NCBI GenBank assembly: GCA_037447605.1 | Contig: CM074821.1 | Coordinates: 620,001 to 684,000 of the forward strand | Direction of reading: 5' to 3' | Source: Zygnema circumcarinatum SAG 698-1b | Taxonomy: Eukaryota > Plantae > Zygnematophyceae | Length of the DNA stretch: 64,000 bases | In this document: piece by piece, positions 56,115-64,000 of the stretch | How positions within the stretch are numbered: the first letter of the stretch is position 1 | Layout: each line of letters opens with the position of its first letter | Notes under the pieces: generated by a model | Told to the model about the DNA's origin: nothing | The model's input: only the letters and a program-made list of their open reading frames with translations | Databases searched by the model: none | Translations under genes and position numbers: made by a program

Positions 56115-59100
56115 CTAGAAGTCGGCGTGGTAGACGCAGACAAGGCTGGAGTGGGTGACGGCAGAGCGGCAGAGTGGGCACTCGGGTTTCTCATTACACC
56201 ACTCCGCGATGCAGCTCCTGCAGAGGCCCACAACGCTTCCAACAAATCAAAAAACTCCACATGTAAAAGCCCTATTGCAGTTCTACCAGTCCTACTGCAG
56301 TTCTAGGGGCCGAGTTATGTATGACATCAGTATTTGCACCTGGGTTCTTTCGACCTGACAGTTCAAACTAAGCTGGGTGCATGTAGAAACTGAGGACAAG
56401 AGTGTAAGAGCGGTGAAGCTGTAGGCATCTGCAATACAATGGTAAACACTCGTAAAAGCATGTTCAAGTCTAAGAAGATGTGATCGGACGGGGTGGGGGC
56501 ACACCAGCAGAAGACATGGCCACAAGGTGTGGCAGTAGGATGGGTCCTCTGACTAAGGCAAAGTGGGCACTTAGCGCGGGCCTGCACCTGCAAATAGGGG
56601 CAGCCATGGAGTCAATTCAGCTCATGAATAGCTGGCAAAGCTCAAGAGGGGCTGTATCAACCTCAGAGGAGGATGAGAGAGGCCAAAAGTGAAGGCAGAT
56701 GGAGGCAGGGGAGGGGGAAGAAAGGAAGGGAGGAAATCCCCCATGTGGGGCACATTGGCAGGCAGGCTATGGAGGACTGAGAAGGGCACACCTCCATGTC
56801 TGTAGTTCCGTTATCGGTTATAGTCCATTCGGGAGTACCATCATTTCCTCGCGGAAAAGTCCTCTTCCCTTCGACCACTGCCCGGCCCTCCTCGTCCAAT
56901 AGGAACACTTCCCGCCTCCCTACGATTCCACTCACAGTCAGATACATAAGTTAGTTTTACTGCTAGTCACACCCTCGTCCAGGAAAAGGTAAAACTTGTT
57001 GCTCCAACTTTATCGAAGAAACGGAAAACACAACTACGAAAGGTAACACACAGTCTCAAAATAGAAAAACGGCAGGTAAATCCATGCAGCGCAGGCCTTC
57101 CAAGGAAAAAAAAACAAAAACAAAAGCAAAACAAAACAAAAGAAGGGGACCCCAACCTTATTACAGCTCGCATGTCCCTAAAACCATTGACTGCAATGAC
57201 TAGATGTCTATTCTATCCGAATGCAATGCAGATGTGAGACAACAAACCACGCGTGCCTTTCAAGCTTGCCCCCAATATACTGACGTCCCAAAGCAGCCCC
57301 ACCCCCACTCCCACCCCCACCCCCTCTCTCTGACAGGGAGGGTGGGCCCCACCTCCTGCCGCCATAGCCCCCTCCCGGCCCTGCCCGCGAGCTCGCATGG
57401 AGGCCGCCAAGGAAGGGAGAGCATTGCGACGCAGCCACTCCCCCCCAAGAATGGCAACTTGCACGAGCAGGAACATGCCCAGCATGTGATACCTATAGGG
57501 GGGGAGGGGAGAGGGGAGAGAAAGGGGAGGGAGAGGGGGGGAGGAGGGGAGGGGGGGAGGAGAGAGGAGGAAGGGGNNNNNNNNNNAGGAAGGGGAGAGG
57601 GAGGGGGAAGGGGGGAGGAGAGAGGAGGAAGGGGAGAGGGATGGGGAGGGGGGGAGGAGAGAGGAGGAAGGGGAGAGGGAGGGGGAGGGGGGGAGGAGAG
57701 AGGAGGAAGGGGAGAGGGAGGAGGAGGGGAAGGGGGGGAGGAGAGAGAAGGGGAGAGGGAGGCAGAGGCAGAGGCGAAGAGAAGGATAAGATACAAGAAA
57801 TTGTTAGGTTTTTATCCTGGTTATGGGGCAGACTTCCCCTGTCCAGCGTGGGATTTTATCGGCTATTCACGTAGCACATGCAGCGACAACCAATCAGCTC
57901 ATGCCACCTGGCAGCGCACAAGGCCGGGGGAGCTCACTGAGGCCGTCGCTCATCTGCCCGTCCGGTGAAAATATAACGAATGCCTGTAGCACGCTTTGCC
58001 CAGTTGTAGTACAGACCTGTAGCATACGATATAACAAAAAAAAAAAAAAAAAAATTGGTTTTCTCCTCTTTGACTTTTGAGATCTCGATTCTTAGCACTT
58101 CATACCTCACTCGGTTTAGAAGAACAGATTACAACATGTATCGCACATCGCAGAAGCAAACGTTTTCAGAACAGTGAGCAGAACTGAACCCACCTTCAAA
58201 GTAGAAAAGCATTAGGTGCATGCGGAGGGTAAGCTGCAGAGCCTCCTTCGCTGCTGGGAGCAGCTGTAGACACAACAGATATAATGATTTCAGCAAATCT
58301 TCACAATAATTAAACGAAACCCTTTCTTTGTGTCTGAGACCATCAACATGATGTAGACGAATCCGAAACATGTCGTGACAACAAAGGGGAATGTGAGGAG
58401 AAGCAGGGGGGAAGGAGAAAACGAAGATGGGAGGGGCAAAGGAACTACGTGAGAAGGGAGAGATAGAGGTGCACAAGTTGGAAACATTCAACACAAATCC
58501 CAGGAAATTTCAAAATGTGAGTTACCGTAGGCCATCCTCGAAGCATGCTCTGCCACAGAGCTCGAATCCTGTTTTCGACTTCTCCTACACGAGATAGTAC
58601 AACTTGCCAACCCCTGCCCTGCTGCATGCGGCCTCTTTCCTGAATATCTCTTCTTCTGTTATTCCTTCTCTCACGCTCTCCTCTCCCTCCCAAAGCCTCC
58701 ATCTCTGTGGGTGCATGTTCAACCATGCTACTGCTACCGTTCCTTCCTTCTGTGACTGACTCATCTGCTGCTTCACTGAGTGTTGATCCATCATCTGCCT
58801 GCCTATGTTCTAGCTCAGAGCCGTCAAGATTGGACGAGCTTCCATTCTCTACATTTCTCGCCTGCAATGTGTTCATGGGGGAGGGAGGGGAGGAGGGAGT
58901 AGAAGGTTCGGCAGCAGTCCTCAGAGCTGCTCCCCGAGCTGCCGCTCGAGAACTGCCAACCATGAAGAAAGATGAATGTCAGCCTTCCCACTTTTTATGG
59001 TTTCAGCAGCTTATATCCAGAGATATGTAAGACATTCATTTGTTGATTCAAAGACTTTGATCCATGTACACATGCGAAGGAGGAGACTGACGAATCCTGT

Positions 59101-60356
59101 GCTTGCATGTCTACCTGCCGCCATGAAAGGAGAAGAAGACATCCCCCATGTCACATCAGGTTTCCCATGAAAACAGTTTCCCATGCCTTACTTGCAAGAG
59201 ATCCTATTCGTCATTCTAAAGACTCCATTTTCAAGCAAAAAAAGTCAATTCAAGTCAAGTCAACGTACCTCAGCCGCTCAGCCAAATAAGGGAAGACACT
59301 GTGTAAAAAGACCAACAGCACTCTCCTTGCAGGAGTTGCAGGAAGGCCTACTGGCCCGGCAACCTGCACAAACAACCAAGTCATAAACCGCATATTTCAG
59401 ACCTTAACCAAGAAAAGAGGGAGGGTGGAAGGAGGGAAGGGCAGGTTATTAGGGTTTTCAGGGTTCTCTAACTCCCAAGAATGGTATCTTCCAAATCCAA
59501 ACTTCTTCATGAAGCTGCTACTCTTCTCCGTGCAATATCCTTGCAAGGGGGTCTAATCTTATGGCACAATGTTCTTCGAAAGCTGACGCTTTTCCACAAT
59601 TCGGCTGTTTGAATATCTTCTTTATGTGAAAGCAACCTCCTTCGATAGAGGCCAATTAAATCAAATTCACAGAATTTCGCATATGAGATCTCATTCAGGC
59701 TCAAACGGACACAACCCCTCCCTTGGATTTGCGTCACTTTCTTACTTGGTGGAAACGGTTCACAAAAACATGATTCCACTGGAAAAATAATGCTATTTGA
59801 GACCCAGAAAAAGCAGGAGAGAATGAGAGTGGGTGCAAAGGATGAGAAAGGGATTGGGAGACGGCGCAGGAGATAGAGCAAAGAGACACTTTCAAACACA
59901 GCAAAAGTCATACACGACATTCACCTGCGTTATGGAGCAGTACTCCTCTCCAAGCGTCTGCAGGCCCGCCCCTGTTGTGAGCACATAGTACAGAACCCTC
60001 CCTGCAAGCTGCGCCTGCAGGCCGGAAAAGAGAAGATGAGTGAACATGGGTCAGAGAATTGGACATTTTAGGGTTAATTAGAGCTGCAAGTCTATCAGTT
60101 AAGGAAATGTGGAATGAAAGAGCCAAAGGTTATGATACAAAAAGCGGATTTCGTGAAGGATTTCAGGTTTGCGAGGGAGAAGAAGCGATTGCTCAGTTTC
60201 ATGGGAATTCTGTTTTTGTCTTCGTCATCTCACCTCACTTTGATACGTCAAAGCCGTTCGCATCCCTGATGCATAAACATCCCATTCACATCAGACAAAC
60301 AATTAAATGGGAAAAAGTACAGTAAAAGGATTCAGAAACTCTTTTCTCTCTCTCTC

Positions 60357-60391
<35 letters not shown>

Positions 60392-60902
60392 ATTCTCTCT
60401 CTACTATTTTGCGCCTCTCGCCTCGCTCTCTCCCCTCTGCCTCCCCCGCTCCTCCTCACTGTATACGACAACTGGCGGCACGAATGGACCAACAGTACGA
60501 GTTCTCACATCTGCTTTCAAAGAAAAATCATATATAATTGAATTTGGTCGGAAATAATTACAAGAAAAACAAAAACAAATTCCTGGCGTCATGATGCAAC
60601 ACGAAGACTGCTGCAGCTTCCTCACCAAACATATGCCTGACGGCGTCATAGCATGCATCGCATAGGGACGACAGATACTCCTCATCCTTCTCAGCTGCTC
60701 GCATAATCTCCGGCTGCGCAGCCCTCGGAAACGCCATCGACATCGCATGGGACGAAGCTCTCCTGTCGCTTCCACCTGCACCGGCTGCTGCTCCTCCTGC
60801 GGCCCGTACCCTCCCGGTCCCCAGCAGTCCATGGCTGCCGGCCTGCGTCGCGCCGCCGCTTGGAGTTCCTTCCTCTCCTCCTCCTCCTGATGGCTCCGCC
60901 AT
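56115..60902 (-). CDS. PEX10: Peroxisome biogenesis factor 10 (RING E3 ligase)
   Basis: [19 protein letters not shown]...RHMFG|[11 protein letters not shown]|[26 protein letters not shown]|[14 protein letters not shown]...|[11 protein letters not shown]|[14 protein letters not shown]|[11 protein letters not shown]...|[23 protein letters not shown]|[17 protein letters not shown]...VYHADF*. These match plant PEX10 along the full length. Confidence 0.96.
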
Positions 60903-62224
60903 GGCAGATGACCTTCCTCTGCACTAAGGGGTGGAGGCACGGGGGAGGGCATGCCCGGGGGGGGGACATACATACCATACATGCATACCATGCATATGTG
61001 TGTATGTATGGTATGTATGGGTACCCTACTACCAATTGATAGTCCAATTGGTAGTTGGCATGGCCATGAGGAACATGTGGATGTGCATGGGCATGGGCAT
61101 CGGCATGGGCACAGGTTCGGTCGATCAATATTCTTTATTTTGAATATATCCGATACGAGAAAATCCGCTTGTCGTCAATTGAGATATATCGCATCTAACG
61201 GATCTTCAGATACCGACAACGAGAATGCCGCTGATGTCCACCGTCAATCCAATGATCGGACGGTGAAGGGACCCACCACGTGTTTCAGGAAACAAAAAAA
61301 AATTGGCACGTCCGCCAATCGGCACGGGGAGTACAGTATCTAAGCGGCAAATTTTGTCGCTTTGGCGTGGCGACCTTTGGTTTCAGTACAGTCCAAGCAA
61401 CACGCGCGAGTGTGACGACAAATAATCGTACAGATTTTGCCTCCTTTCCAGCCGACGTTTCGTACCGTAGGATACGAACAAAAAAATACATATCGACCAC
61501 CTCTTTGGCAATTTATATTTTGAAAAAAAAGGGGATCCTTTTCCATAAAAGCCGGTCCTTCAACCGCCACTCGTCGCCTGCCACGTAGCCAAATATTTTA
61601 AGGACTGTGACCGGAAAGGACCAGTAATTGCCAAAGGGACGGAAGTAATTTGTCCCGCAAAATGTGCGCGCCTGATTGAACGACTTGTCCGGATTGGTTC
61701 ATTGCCACGTGTGCAAAAGAACAGTGCGTTTGTTTGTCATTTACGAAGCTAATTATTCAAAACGACAAAACAACCGTACGGGTGAAACTTTGTCGCGTCT
61801 TTTACATTTGTCGTCGAGACATAGAAAGCGTTCGTACCAGCCGCCATCCGCTCCGTCCACTGTTCGTACAGCCACGCGGCAAAATTACCTGTACCCGTCA
61901 ATGAAAAAATTGTCTTTATTCAACCGTATTACCCGTCCTTTGCCAGTTGCTGCCACGTGCGCCCTCCCCCCCCGCGCCCGTCCAAATTCTCCAACCCTCA
62001 GAACCTGCCCCGTCTGTTGTCGTATCCGCGACCAGCCCCCTGGCCGCATCCTCGCGCGGCAGATCAGCCTGAGGCCAACGGCCGGACTTAACGGCCCCCC
62101 GGAGCCGACCGCCGCCGAGGGTGCTGGGCGCCGCCATAAAGCGGAGCTTCCACCCACTCCCCTCTGCTTCCATAGCCTCCCTCTCCCGCCTCTCCCTCTC
62201 CCCCTCTCCCTCTTCTCTCTGGCC

Positions 62225-62293
62225 ATGGCTTCAAGGTCGCCCTCCCGGCCCTCTCCCGCCCCCTTCCCCCCCCCCTTCCTCCACCACCACCAT

Positions 62294-62324
<31 letters not shown>

Positions 62325-64000
62325 TCTACCAGGCCACGGCTGCCCTCCAACTTCTGCAGTGTCTGCAGAGCGCGCGGGAGCGTCTGGAAAACCACGAGCT
62401 GCCGGCACAGCTCGAGCAGCTCGCGCCCTATCTCGGCCTCCCTCCCTCCTCCTCCTCCGCCTCCAAGCATGCCAAGAGGGGGACGCTCCTCCTCCACTCC
62501 GCCTACACGCCCCCTCTCTCGCCCTCCGCCCTCTCCCCCGATCAGTGCCACGTGGCGTCTCCTTACAGCCCCACCAGCCCCTTGATGGACATTACGGAGT
62601 ACTCGAGCTCCTCGGGGGCGAGGGCACACACCGCGGGAGGGAGGAGCAGCGGCAGCCATATGGCGACCTGCAGGTGAACATGCGTCCCCTCCTGTGTGTG
62701 GCAGAGAGGGAGAGGGAGAGGGAGAGGGAGAGGGAGAGGGAGAGGGAGAGGGAGAGGAGAGGGAGAGGGAGAGGAGAGGGAGAGGGAGAGGGAGAGGGAG
62801 AGGGAGAGGGAGAGGGAGAGGGAGAGGGAGAGGGAGAGGGAGAGGAGAGGGAGAGGGAGGAGGGAGAGGGAGAGGGAGAGGGAGAGGGAGAGGGAGAGGG
62901 AGAGGGAGAGGGAGAGGGAGAGGGAGAGGGAGAGGAAGAGGGGTGTGTGATGTCATGCATGGAGGCATGACTGCCATCTGATGCTGACTCTTCCTTCTGT
63001 TCGTCTCGCTTTTTCCCGCAGTTCTTTCGACCCCTTCGTCCTCCCCTCCTCCTCTCTCTCCCTCGCGGACATTTCAGCGAGTCCAATGGCGGCCTCCCCC
63101 CCCGATCTCGCGCTCAATATGGCGTTTGAGTGCGGGGACGCGGCGAGCCCTCAGACGGAGTGGTTGGACTTCCTGCTTCCGGTCGATGGCGACAACATGG
63201 CTCTAGAGACTACCACCTTGTGCAACTTCAACAACATGGACAACATGGCCAACATGAACAACATGGACAACATGAACAACATGGACAACATGAACAACAT
63301 GAACAACATGAACAACATGGACAACATGAACCTTGTGATGAGAGAGACGTCAGCAAAGGGAGAGAGAGACTGCGCCCTCCCCAACCTTCTTGTGGGCGGA
63401 AATGTGGAAGCAGGAGGGGTGGACATTGGCATAGCCATGGAAGAAGCGATCTCCGATAATGTGAGCTCTGGAAGGGATGCCATGGCGGCAGGCGAGGCTG
63501 CTGCGGAGTTGGAGGGGAGAAGCTCCGGGAGAAAGAGGGCGTATGAATTCAGTGCTTGCGATGGGAAAGCAGGAGGAGAAGGAGAAGGAGAAGGAGAAGC
63601 AGAGGAGGAGAAGGTGGTAGAAGCTGAGAGACAACGATGGCGTCCAAGGGCGAAGGTAGCAATGGCTCCTTCTCTTTCTCCTGAAGAGGGAGAGAAGAGC
63701 GGAGCGGGAGAGGGCAGCAAAGGGACTACTACTGCTACTGCTGCTCAGACCCCTCTCTCCCCTTCTGCGTCCAATTCAGCGCCGACCCCCCCCCCCTGCT
63801 CAAAGTATGTGAAGCCGCGGCAGAAGCGCGGAACAGCCACGGATCATGCCAGCGTGGCTGCAAGGAACCGGCGGGAGAGAATCAGTGAAAAAATTCGAAC
63901 TCTGCAGGTGTGTATGAGAGAGAGAGGTCAAGATTTGAAAAAAGATATGATGGTATATGTAGATGCTTGAGAACAAACAAGCTTCGGCGGTGAGGGTTAA
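62225..64000 (+). CDS. bHLH transcription factor, group VIII-like (RSL/HEC-related), 5' partial
   Basis: Exon 1 62225-62673 (poly-His/poly-Gln); exon 2 63022-63907 ends in RGTATDHASVAARNRRERISEKIRTLQ followed by a GT donor. The rest of the HLH lies beyond the window. Confidence 0.85.
62703..62941 (+). repeat. (GAGAGG)n hexamer microsatellite in bHLH intron 1
   Basis: Direct reading. Confidence 0.95.
63230..63331 (+). repeat. Coding 9-bp repeat (RACAACATG)n encoding (N/D-N-M)n in bHLH
   Basis: About 11 units in frame within exon 2. Confidence 0.9.

Noticed and set aside
61676-62224. N-terminal extension of the 333-aa ORF upstream of the bHLH ATG
   Set aside because: Starts at a non-ATG codon in promoter-like sequence. 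The ATG at 62225 has good context.

Overview
Eukaryotic, intron-rich, microsatellite-laden DNA from a green plant lineage. The RLK/Pelle subfamily diversity, short spliceosomal introns and long GA/CT tracts suggest a streptophyte alga (inference only). Nine spliced genes were reconstructed by eye: two tail-to-tail USP-like/kinase/U-box genes (RLCK-IXb type), a PTI1-like kinase, two paralogous LRR-VIII-1 (HPCA1/CARD1-like) receptor kinases, an O-fucosyltransferase-family gene, a DNAJC17/Cwc23-like gene, PEX10 and the 5' part of a group VIII-like bHLH gene. The best candidate for an undescribed system is the receptor pair. Both keep the HxH...H histidine triad and the four-Cys juxtamembrane cluster of HPCA1/CARD1. 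One has an intact RD kinase. The other is a multiply degenerated pseudokinase (HRN, no alphaC Glu, broken Gly loop) with a microsatellite-encoded (Ser-Pro)n stalk. Non-coding highlights are an intronic foldback element with a short relative 20 kb away, two 0.8-1.2 kb almost pure G/A tracts, (CAGTT)n satellites, and promoter clusters of G-box, CGTAC and TTTGTCG motifs. No rRNA, tRNA, CRISPR or autonomous transposon was recognised. Six 10-N gaps limit some models. Exon coordinates are hand-derived and may be a few bases off.
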